A stretch of 63,844 nucleotides of DNA, counting the filler, from Octopus bimaculoides (lineage: Eukaryota), in the NCBI RefSeq assembly GCF_001194135.2. It is 7 parts of 7 records of this genome, joined end to end, with 100 filler letters (N's around TTAATTAATTAA, not from the genome) between each part and the next. Parts side by side here need not be neighbours in the genome. Positions count along the whole stretch, not along the records: positions 47,934 to 55,921 come from NC_068982.1; positions 56,022 to 57,404 come from NW_026332332.1; positions 57,505 to 58,989 come from NW_026345377.1; positions 59,090 to 61,700 come from NW_026308522.1; positions 61,801 to 63,844 come from NC_069002.1; 2 more parts are not named here. One strand, given 5' to 3'. Below the pieces are notes generated by a model. It ran no database searches. It was not told where the DNA came from and worked only from the letters and a program-made list of their open reading frames with translations. Shown in pieces: positions 50,790-62,347 of this stretch; position 1 is the first letter of the stretch, and every line of letters starts with the position of its first letter. A program made the position numbers and the translations under genes.

Positions 50790-51210
50790 ATTGGCAGAAA
50801 CGTTAGCACGCCGAGAGAAATGTTTAGCGGTATTTCGTCTGTCTTTACGTTCTCAGTTCAAATTCCATCAAGGTAGACTTTGCTTTCATCCTCTTGGGGT
50901 CGATTAAATTGGTACTAGTTACGCACGGGAGTCGATATAATCGACTTAATCCCTTTGTCTGTCCTTGTTTGTCCCCTCTATGCTTAGCCCCTTGTGGGCA
51001 ACAAAGAAATAAGAAACGTTTGCACGCCGGGCGAAATGCTTAGCAGTATTTCGTCTGCCGTTACGCTCTGAGTTCAAATTCCGCCGAGGTCGACTTTGCT
51101 TTTCATCTTTTCAGGGTCGATAAATTAAGTATAAGTTGCGTACTGGTGTCGATCTAATCGGCTGGCTCCCTCCCCCAAAATTTCAGGCCTTGTGCTTAGA
51201 GTAGAAAACA
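50790..51210 (+). mobile_element. Two tandem SINE family A units
   Basis: The gttagcacgcc...gtcgactttgctttc unit occurs at about 50800 and again at about 51020, separated by a short tail. Confidence 0.8.
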
Positions 51211-51340
51211 TTTTTTGCCAATAGAAAGTGCCGGTATCCAGCCTAAATGTATGTATGTATGTATGTATGTATNNNNNNNNNNTGTATGTATGTATGTATG
51301 TATGTATGACTGGATGGATGGATAGACATATATGTATGTG

Positions 51341-51372
<32 letters not shown>

Positions 51373-52053
51373 GGACACACACATATATAGGACAAAACAT
51401 CCCACTATGAAGACGAAGTTAAAAAGCAAACATGATGTATTAGGTTGAGGCTCATAAATTTGAAAAAAGCTTTGGACGTGCCGAGCGCCGAGGCTCTGCT
51501 ACAGAAAGGAGATTAGGTGAGGAGAGGGAGAGAGAGAGTGAGAGAGAGAGAGAGAGAGANNNNNNNNNNNNNNNNNNNNNNNNNNNNNNNNNNNNNNNNN
51601 NNNNNNNNNNNNNNNNNNNNNNNNNNNNNNNNNNNNNNNNNNNNNNNNNNNNNNNNNNNNNNNNNNNNNNNNNNNNNNNNNNNNNNNNNNNNNNNNNNNN
51701 NNNNNNNNNNNNNNNNNNNNNNNNNNNNNNNNNNNNNNNNNNNNNNNNNNNNNNNNNNNNNNNNNNNNNNNNNNNNNNNNNNNNNNNNNNNNNNNNNNNN
51801 NNNNNNNNNNNNNNNNNNNNNNNNNNNNNNNNNNNNNNNNNNNNNNNNNNNNNNNNNNNNNNNNNNNNNNNNNNNNNNNNNNNNNNNNNNNNNNNNNNNN
51901 NNNNNNNNNNNNNNNNNNNNNNNNNNNNNNNNNNNNNNNNNNNNNNNNNNNNNNNNNNNNNNNNNNNNNNNNNNNNNNNNNNNNNNNNNNNNNNNNNNNN
52001 NNNNNNNNNNNNNNNNNNNNNNNNNCACACACACACACATACACACACACACG

Positions 52054-52111
<58 letters not shown>

Positions 52112-52229
52112 CATGCATACATATACAAATATATATACACATTCATATACATACATACATACGTTTGTGTGTGTGTGTGTGTGAAAGAACCTTCGAAAAC
52201 TAGACATCGATATTTAAACATTATCTAAG

Positions 52230-52760
52230 CCTAATTAGATTACCTGCAAAGAAAACCAAACAAAATCAAACTAAGCGATCCCAACAAATTATAATTCCAC
52301 AAACACTTTATATTTTCGAAACGTGAAAGACAACCCAGAATAACAACGCTAAAACATAAGAAATTCACAGTCTCCCATCATCAGCTGCCCAAACAAATAT
52401 CATTGTGGTTTCGACACCTGAGAAGTACTATTCGATCCGGCGATGTCCACAGCGTTAAAAATATAAACGCTGCCTGCGAATCTAGCTGCTTATAGTGATA
52501 ACTTATAACTAGAAAATAGTGCTTATAATAAAGAACTAATTTCAAAAGAACATTCAGACAATACAACAAACAAAGAGTACTTGATATTTTATTTCTCAAT
52601 CAACATTACATCACGAACATGAAATCACACCCAAAACAAGGCTAATAAAAATTAGTGGAACAGTACATCTCGTAAACAACGTCCTTGAACAATATACACG
52701 GAAAAAGACAAGCTTAGATCAATATCTATGAAACCAGTTCAGTGCTATAAAGTATATTAG
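52230..52760 (+). mobile_element. Possible highly degraded PLE RT relic
   Basis: KHKK ... PIISCPN resembles PKxHK...RPIIS; the remainder is barely readable. Confidence 0.3.
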
Positions 52761-53514
52761 CCAAATAAATTGCTTATTAAAAGTAAAACAATAAAAAAGG
52801 GAAACAGTGTTAAATTAAAGATACTATATATAACACACACACGTGCGCGCGCGCACACACACAGTCGGCCAACGAGCTCGTTACTTAGGAAGCACTGAAA
52901 TTATCCTTAATTGTAGAATGAATAAATATATATGTTGTCTAAATAAACATATACACTTAAAAACGATAAACAATGAGTAATACGAAAAAAAAATACTGTC
53001 GAAATAATACTATATACATACATATTTACATACATACATATATTATATACATAAAATCAAAATAAGCAACAAGGGTATTCAGAGGTAATGCAGTACGATC
53101 GTTTCATGCAACTCCATTTAATTAAATAATGCAATCATTACATCAATTTAAAATGCAGAGCAATCCTCAGTTGCACAAAGACATAGAATTTAATTAAATT
53201 AGAACATGTGGACAAATTAGTATAATTACACCTAAAATCTCCAAGAAGTTAAGGAGATAGACAAAGAACATGTCTTTACTTCAGCATATGAGTTACTAGA
53301 TTATCAAGAAGACTCTGCCTGTCACTGATTTTATTTGTTTTTATGGGGTCAGTTTTAATTTATAGTCTAGTTTATCGAATCTTGTATATCTAAGGCTGAG
53401 AGAATAAAGTGCAGTATCTGTTAGGGGTAGGGCTTAGAGAGCAGACAGAAATCATTGTTGGTATAGTCATAAAAATCAAGATTTATTAGAAGCAATATCA
53501 TGCGATTATCAAGT

Positions 53515-53708
53515 AGTGGTGGGACACACACACACACACATTTATATATACGACGGGCTTCTTCCAGTTTCCTTCTACCAAATTCATTCAGAAGGATTTG
53601 GTCAGCCTAGGGCTATAATAGAAGACACTTGCCCAAGGTTCCATGCAGTGAGACTGAACCTGGAAGCATGTGGTTGGGAAGCAAATTTCTTACCACACAG
53701 TCACACCC
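53515..53708 (-). mobile_element. SINE family C, 5' half
   Basis: gacgggcttc...agaagacacttgcccaagg...tgtggttgggaagcaa. Confidence 0.8.
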
Positions 53709-54185
53709 GCCCCGAGACAAGTATTTCCTTGTCCCAGTAGCACGATGAAACGCGGCTGGTGGTACGATACGAAACTCGAATCTATCAGTTAACACGTCTG
53801 TCCTTTAGTGATTAAGTCAGTTGAACAAGGAATATAGTAAAAATGTGAGCTATTTAATTAGCCTTCGAGCTAATTAAATAAGCCATACTATATTTTAGAA
53901 GATATTTAATTAAATATTTTTTTCTATCAATTCATATTAATGCATTTTCTGGTGAGATGTCATAATTTGCCAGAAAATTTGTCATTTTTATAGAAGAAGA
54001 GAAGAGAGAAATATTAATTATTTGCTGCTGATGGTGTAATCTCTTATTCACTTTCATTAATCTTTCCGTTCGTTTAATAGCTAAGTTCTGGTGGTACATT
54101 GGTAGAGTCGTTAGAGCAGCGGATAAAACGTCTTATACTATTTATTAAAGCTGTCTCTCTACTCCGAGTTCAAATACTATTATAC

Positions 54186-54552
54186 TCTTTTATTTGTTTC
54201 AGTCATTTTGACTGCGGCCATGCTGGAGCACCGCCTTTAGTCGTGCAAATCGACCCCAGGACTTATTCTTTGTAACCCTAGTACTTATTCTACCGGTTTC
54301 TTTTGCCGAACCGCTAAGTTATGGGGACGTAGACACACCAGCATCGGTTGTCAAGCGATGTTGGGTGACAAACACAGACACACACACACACACATACATA
54401 TATACGACATGCTTCTTTCAGTTTCCGTCTAGCAAATCCACTCACAAGGCTTTGGTCGGCCCGAGGCTATAGTAGAAGACACTTGCCGAAGGTACCACGC
54501 AGTGGGAGTGAACCCGGAACCATGTGGTTGATAAGCAAGCTACTTACCACTG
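54186..54552 (-). mobile_element. SINE family C, full length
   Basis: tgtttcagtcat...gcggccatgctggagcacc...cggttgtcaagcg...gaacccggaaccatgtggttg. Confidence 0.9.
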
Positions 54553-54789
54553 TGCCCTTTTAAAGCCTAGCCAGGCTCATGGGCCCGATTTCAATGGCGT
54601 ATGTGTTCCCCAGCTGAACGGGACGCCAGTCCATCACAGCGTTACTCATTTTTGTCAGCTGAGTGGATTGGAGCAACGTGAAATGAAATGTTTTGCTCAA
54701 GAACACAACGCGTCGTCCGGTCCAGGAATCGAATCCACAAACTTACGATCATGATGCTGACACCCGAACCACTAGGCCACGCGCCTCCA
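54553..54789 (-). mobile_element. SINE family B variant (same head and CORE-like part, different 3' half)
   Basis: cagctgagtggattggagcaacgtgaaat...gctcaagaacacaacg...ccactaggccacgcgcc. Confidence 0.75.
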
Positions 54790-54874
54790 CTACTATTATC
54801 TTTACTTTTTTTTTTATACTTTCAGGGACGATATATAAAGTTGCAGTCGAAGGTTATGAATTGACGGAATTGTT

Positions 54875-55212
54875 AGGCGCACTGCTTAGTGGCTAGGGTT
54901 TTCTGCTCGCGATCGTAAGGTCATGAGTTCGATTCCCAGCGATGTGTTGTGTTCTTCAGTAAAACAGTTTATTTTGTGTTGCTCCAGTTCATTTAGCTGG
55001 CGAAAACGAGTACCCGTATTTCAAATGAGTACCCGTATTTCAAAGTGTCAGCCTTGGCACATTCTGTGTCAGGCTGAATCGCCCTGAGAACTGCATTCAT
55101 TAAGGCTATGCGTGGCTGTGGAGTGCTCAGCCACTTAAACGTTATTTTTACGAGCTGGCCATTCCATTGATAGGATAAACTACAGCACTCGTCATCGCAA
55201 CTGACGGAGTAC
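54875..55212 (+). mobile_element. SINE family B
   Basis: ggcgcactgcttagtggctaggg...gagttcgattccc...gtggagtgctcagccactt...ctgacggagtacc. Confidence 0.85.
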
Positions 55213-57361
55213 CAATTATTAGAGCATCGGACACGATACCTTACCGTACATATTTTAGCTCTCAAAGGTTGGTGTAATGAGTTCAAAGCCCACTTAGGTA
55301 AGTTTTGTTGTCTTTCTTTTACCATTTCAGAGATGATAAAGAAATTATCAGACCAGCGAGGGGAATTGGCCGAATTGTTAGAGTGCGGGACATGATATCT
55401 TACTGTATGTATTTCAGTTCCCTGAGTTCGATATCTCTGAGTTCAAATCCTGCGGATGCCAATTTCGTTTTTATTTATTCACGATCAATAAAGTACCAAA
55501 CTAGGAAGGTAGATTAAGGAAAATGTTATTCTATAGGCCACGACGATTCGTGTCTGATCTGGCTCCTTGTTTCGTGTGTTCAAATCCTCCATACACTAAC
55601 CAAACGGTGGTTGGGGGATGATATGTCCCAATGGCGATATTGTCCGAACCCTCGTTGCCACTGACATATCCCCATGGTGACAAAATTGTTGAGGTGTGGA
55701 TATATATATATATATGTATATATATATATGTATATATGTATATATATATGTATATATATTCACACATACATACATATATATGTACGTATGTGTCGATATA
55801 TGTATATATGTATGTATGCATGCATGTATATATATATATATATATATATATATGGGAGAATGTACGAAAAAACAACAACAGACGAGGACAGGTGGTGTAA
55901 ATAACAAAAGGATGTATTAGTNNNNNNNNNNNNNNNNNNNNNNNNNNNNNNNNNNNNNNNNNNNNTTAATTAATTAANNNNNNNNNNNNNNNNNNNNNNN
56001 NNNNNNNNNNNNNNNNNNNNNTCAAACTCTGTATGCCTGTGATGCCAGACGAATCCTTTGGCCCCCTTTCGCTTAATTTAAGGAATTTCCAATTGTATTG
56101 AGAGCCAGTGATTGCGTGAATCCAGAACACCAGGTTTTGAAAAATCGATACCCCGAAATATTGATCCAGTCTCTACCTTCCACCATTATCGATCCTCGAT
56201 TTTTTGTTCCATTCTCATAGTGTTGTTGTTTTTGTTGGTGGTGGAAGGACTTATCATTTTAGCGCTGTTTTTTTTTTTCTCTATTGAGTTCTAAACAAGT
56301 ACAATTCTGATTCCAATTTGGCAATATTTACAGGATGGGGCGGCGTTGATTCGGTCATCGTTATTTTTTTCTAAAAAGTATTTGAACATTTCTTTATCGT
56401 TTTAAATGCATTTTTACAGATTTTCAATAGAACATTGAGCCAGCGCTGAAAGTTACAATGTTCCATATACGAATACGTCCATGTAAACAATAATACGATG
56501 GAAGATAGAGAAATAGGTATTATGTGTATATGCATATTTCAAGAGTTATATCTCCTTCCTCAGTACCACAAGGTAACTCATTAACTAGCCCCACATACAG
56601 TGCTTAAAGAGTCACTAGGTTTAGCGGTGTATCACTATTGAATATACAAATTTCACACATTAATTCCATTCCTAGCAACTGGTACGAACATATTAATTGC
56701 TAGTCCTATTGGTACACCTTAATTTGTTTTGCAACCATAATATAATACCACGTACATTAAAGGTTTACATGGCAATACTGTGTCCTACTTGTGTTACCAG
56801 TGCCTTGTTTTCATTTTAAAGTTATATCTGCAGATTTTCTATAGAATTTAAAGCCAACACTGAAAATTACGACGTTTCGTAAAGGAATGCGTCTATGTAA
56901 GCAATGCCACCGAAGACAAAAAAACAGATAATGAGGTTATATGCATAATTCCTGGGTGATTTCGAACAAAATTTGACAAATCACAGCAAATGTTTTCTTC
57001 CCTCCAACTTAGGTTCCCACGTACGTAGAATCGAGAGAAATTTAGATGAAGCTCTTCGCGGCACTTGGAGTTATTCGGCGTTCAAATCACGCTGAGGTTA
57101 ACACGGATTTTCGTCTTTCACTGGAGGAGGGGGTAAATCCATGAGTAAATAACCAATTTAATACTGAAGTGAGTTCAATAGCGTTCTTCATTCCTACTTT
57201 CACTTTCATTCTCATTCAGTGCCCTTTTCTCTCTTTTTCCCTGACACTGCCGTCTGTATTTTCTTCTCTCGCTTTCTCCACACTCTATATTAGAAACGCT
57301 TCATTTAAGCGCATGCATATATTGAGTTCTACACCAGGACATCAATATTGCAATTCCTAAG

Positions 57362-57404
<43 letters not shown>

Positions 57405-57548
57405 NNNNNNNNNNNNNNNNNNNNNNNNNNNNNNNNNNNNNNNNNNNNTTAATTAATTAANNNNNNNNNNNNNNNNNNNNNNNNNNNNNNNNNNNNNNNN
57501 NNNNTAATAATAATAATAGTAATAATAATAATAATAATAATAATTTAG

Positions 57549-57930
57549 TTGGCACTCCGTCGCTTACGACATCGAGGGTTCCAGTTAATCCGACCAACGG
57601 AACAGCCTGCTCGTGAAATTAACGTGCATGTGGCTGAGCACTCCACAGACACGTGTACCCTTAACGTACTTCTCGGGGGATATTCAACGTGACACAGTCT
57701 GACAAGGCTGACCCTTTGAAATACAGGCACAACAGAAACAGGAAGTAAGAGTGAGAGAAAGTTGTGGTGAAAGAGTACAGCAGGGTTCGCCACCATCCCC
57801 TGCCGGAGCCTCCTGGAGCTTTTAGGTGTTTTCGCTCAATAAACACTCACAACGCTCGGTCTGGGAATCGAAATCGCGATCCTATGACCGAGCGTCTGCT
57901 GCCCTAATCACTGGGCCATTGCGCCTCCAC
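57549..57930 (-). mobile_element. SINE family B variant, flanked by (AAT)n on both sides
   Basis: ggcactccgtcgcttacgac...ctgggccattgcgcctccac. Confidence 0.85.
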
Positions 57931-57931
57931 A

Positions 57932-57967
<36 letters not shown>

Positions 57968-58029
57968 TAATGAGATACAGAAATAATTTATTCTCTGTTT
58001 ACTTTCCATCGTAACTTGAATAATAATGA

Positions 58030-58172
58030 TAATCCTTTCTACTTATAGGCACAAGGCCTGAAATTTGGGCAAAGTCAACCTCAGTGGAATTTGAACTCAC
58101 AACGTTATGACAGACGAAATGCCGCTAAGCATTTTGACCGGTGTGTTAACGATTCTGTTAGCTCTCAGGCTT
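58030..58172 (-). mobile_element. SINE family A, internally deleted
   Basis: ataggcacaaggcctgaaattt...ggaatttgaactcac...aatgccgctaagcattt. Confidence 0.75.
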
Positions 58173-60309
58173 AATAATAATAATAATAAATGTATACATA
58201 TGCATATTTAGTTGCATTTGTATATATGTTATCTGTAAGTGTGTATGTATGTATGCATGGATGGATGAATGGATAGACAGGTATGTATATGCATGTGTAT
58301 GCATATATGTATATTTATCTATCTATCTAAATATATATATATATATATATATACACACACTTACACACACAGTAATTGTTTATAAAATCCAATATGACTA
58401 TATACGCACATAAGGGCACACACATAAGCACACCAGTGTTTATATGTACAAGCGTTTGTTTTAATATGCATATGCACACATCAATGCAGGAAGGCATTCA
58501 AGCACAAACTCTTGTATTGCTTTGTTGGTACAAAGAAAGCCCCGAAAAATCCTATACCACGCTATTAAGAAAAGCGAAAATAAGTAAATAAAATAAATAA
58601 ATAAATAAATAAATAAATAAGAGAACAGCAACTGAGCTTGAATTAGGCGCAGAGCTGTGTAAATGTGTAATTTACAAATGTTATTCCTTTTAATAATTTT
58701 GAACAATGAGAGGAAACAGAAAAACAGTGTTGATGTTATGAGCGAAACAGGAGATTCCGGTGGTGGCGATTGAGGTGGGAATGACGTAGGGAGGTAGGGG
58801 AGTTTAGTGAGGAGCGGGATATAGTAGTGCTGGTCTGTGTCTGCAAATAGTTTAAGGGGACAGTGGACGAAACGTTTGACTTCCTTCCATTCCTGTTTCT
58901 GCACTCTCCTCATCCTCCTCCTCTTTCTCCACTTCCTCCTCACCGCAAGCAAATTAACCTTCCAGTCGTTGAGTGTTTTTTAATAACTTNNNNNNNNNNN
59001 NNNNNNNNNNNNNNNNNNNNNNNNNNNNNNNNNTTAATTAATTAANNNNNNNNNNNNNNNNNNNNNNNNNNNNNNNNNNNNNNNNNNNNTATATATATAT
59101 ATATATATATTACATAGATGCATACACATAAGGCTTCTATATTCACTGGGACAAACACGTCTATTAGTCACTATACACACACTGTATACACACATGCGTA
59201 AGTCAGACAGGCATACATACATGCTTACATAAAAGGCGCATACTCACATACATAAGTCACACCCTCTATACCTATGTACACACGTACATAAGTTATATAT
59301 GCAAACACATACGTACAAACAGACACATAGATACAGGCACAAACACATGCATGCACACATAAACATACAGATTTATACGCTCACACGCGCACACACGTAC
59401 ATACATTTGTACACACGTACACGCTTGGACCTATCATCATCTCTATGCGTTGTGCTAATGTAATAATACTTTGTCGCTACGCACGTCAGAGATAGCCATC
59501 AATTCTGATTGGTTGCCTAGCTATAAAGCACAGCCAATCAATGATTGAGATCTGAGAGAGATTAAGGGAGGACTTTTCGGCTGAAGGTGTTGAGAGATAC
59601 GCTGGTTTGACGACGGCCACCAATTGCTCTTATCAATGACATTAAATAACGCTCTTAGATGGACTGTTTACCAAAGATAGATGGATTGTTTATTAAACGG
59701 ACAGTCACCTGCTTGTCNNNNNNNNNNNNNNNNNNNNNNNNNNNNNNNNNNNNNNNNNNNNNNNNNNNNNNNNNNNNNNNNNNNNNNNNNNNNNNNNNNN
59801 NNNNNNNNNNNNNNNNNNNNNNNNNNNNNNNNNNNNNNNNNNNNNNNNNNNNNNNNNNNNNNNNNNNNNNNNNNNNNNNNNNNNNNNNNNNNNNNNNNNN
59901 NNNNNNNNNNNNNNNNNNNNNNNNNNNNNNNNNNNNNNNNNNNNNNNNNNNNNNNNNNNNNNNNNNNNNNNNNNNNNNNNNNNNNNNNNNNNNNNNNNNN
60001 NNNNNNNNNNNNNNNNNNNNNNNNNNNNNNNNNNNNNNNNNNNNNNNNNNNNNNNNNNNNNNNNNNNNNNNNNNNNNNNNNNNNNNNNNNNNNNNNNNNN
60101 NNNNNNNNNNNNNNNNNNNNNNNNNNNNNNNNNNNNNNNNNNNNNNNNNNNNNNNNNNNNNNNNNNNNNNNNNNNNNNNNNNNNNNNNNNNNNNNNNNNN
60201 NNNNNNNNNNNNNNNNNNNNNNNNNNNNNNNNNNNNNNNNNNNNNNNNNNNNNNNNNNNNNNNNNNNNNNNNNNNNNNNNNNNNNNNNNNNNNATATATA
60301 TATATATAT

Positions 60310-60478
60310 ATATACATACACTCAACAAGCTTCTTTCAGTTTCTGTCAACCAAATACACTCAGAAGGATTTGGTCAGCCCGAGACTATAGTAGAAGACAC
60401 TTGCCCAAGGTGCCACACAGCGGGACTGAACCCGGAACCATGTGGTTGGAGAGCAAGCTCCTTACCACACAGCCACTC
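60310..60478 (-). mobile_element. SINE family C, 5' half
   Basis: gaagacacttgcccaaggtgccac...ccacacagccact. Confidence 0.85.
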
Positions 60479-60489
60479 CATTAACAGAT

Positions 60490-60910
60490 AAAAACTGAAT
60501 TATCTTAGAAAGCTTGATAAAGGGTGTAGTTTCGTAAAAAGAGCGATGTAGTTTGCTTGAAACATTGTAGTACACAAGTAGAATAATAAATGGAAAATTA
60601 CTAACAATGCAGAGATGAAGACAGAAGTAAATTGATCGTTGGCGCATGCTAAAGGGTGAGAACTAATTGTGGTTATAAACCCCGGCACCCACCGAAGGAT
60701 TCAAAATTGGGACTCATTGTAACAAGCCCAACATCCAAGACACATCATTTAAGTTATTTCCTAGACATTTTGCTGAAATATTTCATGAAACATAAACAGA
60801 AGTTCGTAAGGAAAGAACTCGATATGACGAACCGTCCATTAAATACAGAGAATGAAAATACGTATATTATTTCGTTTGGTGTTGTGAACCTACATAGTAT
60901 TATTCCAGTG
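60490..60910 (+). mobile_element. Penelope-like element RT fragment
   Basis: KLDKG, PPKDSKLGLIVTSPTSKTHHLSYFLDILL..., IISFGVVNLHSIIP match KADKG, PKxHK..RPIV, and LVSFDVxSLFTNIP. Confidence 0.7.
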
Positions 60911-60912
60911 AA

Positions 60913-61205
60913 TGCGCGTGGCTTACTGGTTGAGATATTCGGCTCGGGATCGTAAGGTAAGAAGTTCGATTCCAGTCGCCGTGTTGTGTCCTTGAGCAAG
61001 ACACATTATTCCACATTGCTCCAGATCATTCAGCTAGCAAAAACGAGTAGAATCTGTATTCTATTTTGTCACACTGAATCTCCCTGAGAATTATGTTAAG
61101 TGTACACGTCCGTGGAGTGCTCAGTCACTTGCACGTTAATTTCACGAGCAAGCTGTTTCGTTGATCGAATCAAATGGAACCACACGTTGTAACTGACGGA
61201 GTGCC
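60913..61205 (+). mobile_element. SINE family B
   Basis: gcgcgtggcttactggtt...ttgtgtccttgagcaagacac...gtaactgacggagtgcc. Confidence 0.85.
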
Positions 61206-61464
61206 GGTTTTTGAGTCACATTCCACACAATTATTGAATAGAAGCTACACTCATTGACCTATGAACTACAATATATCGTATTGATAAGAAATTATAGATG
61301 GACGTTACTTTATTTAAAAAAATTATTTCACGTTCAGTGAGATGGCTTACCGACAAAAGTTAGGCTCGGCTGTGGGTTGTAAATGTGCACCAACTTAGGA
61401 AAATCTAGTTTGGGATTTCATGAATTAAAAATCGATGAACAATCATTATTTGGAAATATCTTTT

Positions 61465-61654
61465 GTCTTTTACTTGTTTCAGTCATTAGATAGTGGCCAT
61501 GCTGGGGTACAGCCTTGAAGAATTTTAGTCGAACAGGTCAACCTCAGTACGCATTTTTTTAAAAGCCTGGTACTTATTCTATCAGTCGTTTTTGCTTAAA
61601 TGTTAAGTTACGAGGACGTAAACACATCAACGCTGGTTGTCAAACGGTGTTGAT

Positions 61655-61680
<26 letters not shown>
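61465..61680 (-). mobile_element. SINE family C, 3' half ending in (CA)n
   Basis: cttgtttcagtcattaga...cctggtacttattctatc...ggttgtcaaacg. Confidence 0.8.
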
Positions 61681-61700
<20 letters not shown>

Positions 61701-61800
61701 NNNNNNNNNNNNNNNNNNNNNNNNNNNNNNNNNNNNNNNNNNNNTTAATTAATTAANNNNNNNNNNNNNNNNNNNNNNNNNNNNNNNNNNNNNNNNNNNN

Positions 61801-61837
<37 letters not shown>

Positions 61838-61843
<6 letters not shown>

Positions 61844-62347
61844 AAGGAGACCACTAGGTGGACTGATAATCATCTAGAAGAAGATCACATGTAATGTGTC
61901 TACTAAGACCGAATTGTTCTCAAAAGAAATTTAGCGAAGTAACAAAACCGTATACGGGCAAGTAAATTACATAAATATATACAGTCATCTGCAAACAAGT
62001 TCCGAAATTAACGTTTTCTTACCGAAAATATCTGTTTCTCATCAGTACAGACCGCTAAATAAATATAATCTCAGAATCGTATACTAGTTGTTCCCCACGA
62101 ATGAAGCACGTGTACACGGTTCTGTTAATTATATTTATGGTAAGATTCAAAAGTCTTCGTTTTTGCGTGCTAAATTCGGAAATATCTTTGCAGAAAATGG
62201 TTTCTGCATCGAATATACCAACTTTGAGAACCTGGTTATGGTTCATTAAATTAAAACATTAGGGTAAAAGAATTGGATATTAATTAATATCAATTTAATA
62301 CCAGGGAACAAGCACATTAAAAGAATCAAGGAGATTCAGAAAAAATG
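61838..62347 (+). repeat. Third, more diverged copy of the unclassified ~500-bp repeat
   Basis: ctagaagaagatcacatg...cttaccgaaaatatctgt...gatattaattaatatc...gagattcagaaaaa, collinear with the reverse complement of 24050-24548. Confidence 0.85.

Noticed and set aside
49320-52221. ORFs of 200-270 aa containing X runs (also 19282-20167, 25584-25952 and 59655-60484)
   Set aside because: They are open only because they cross N-gaps.
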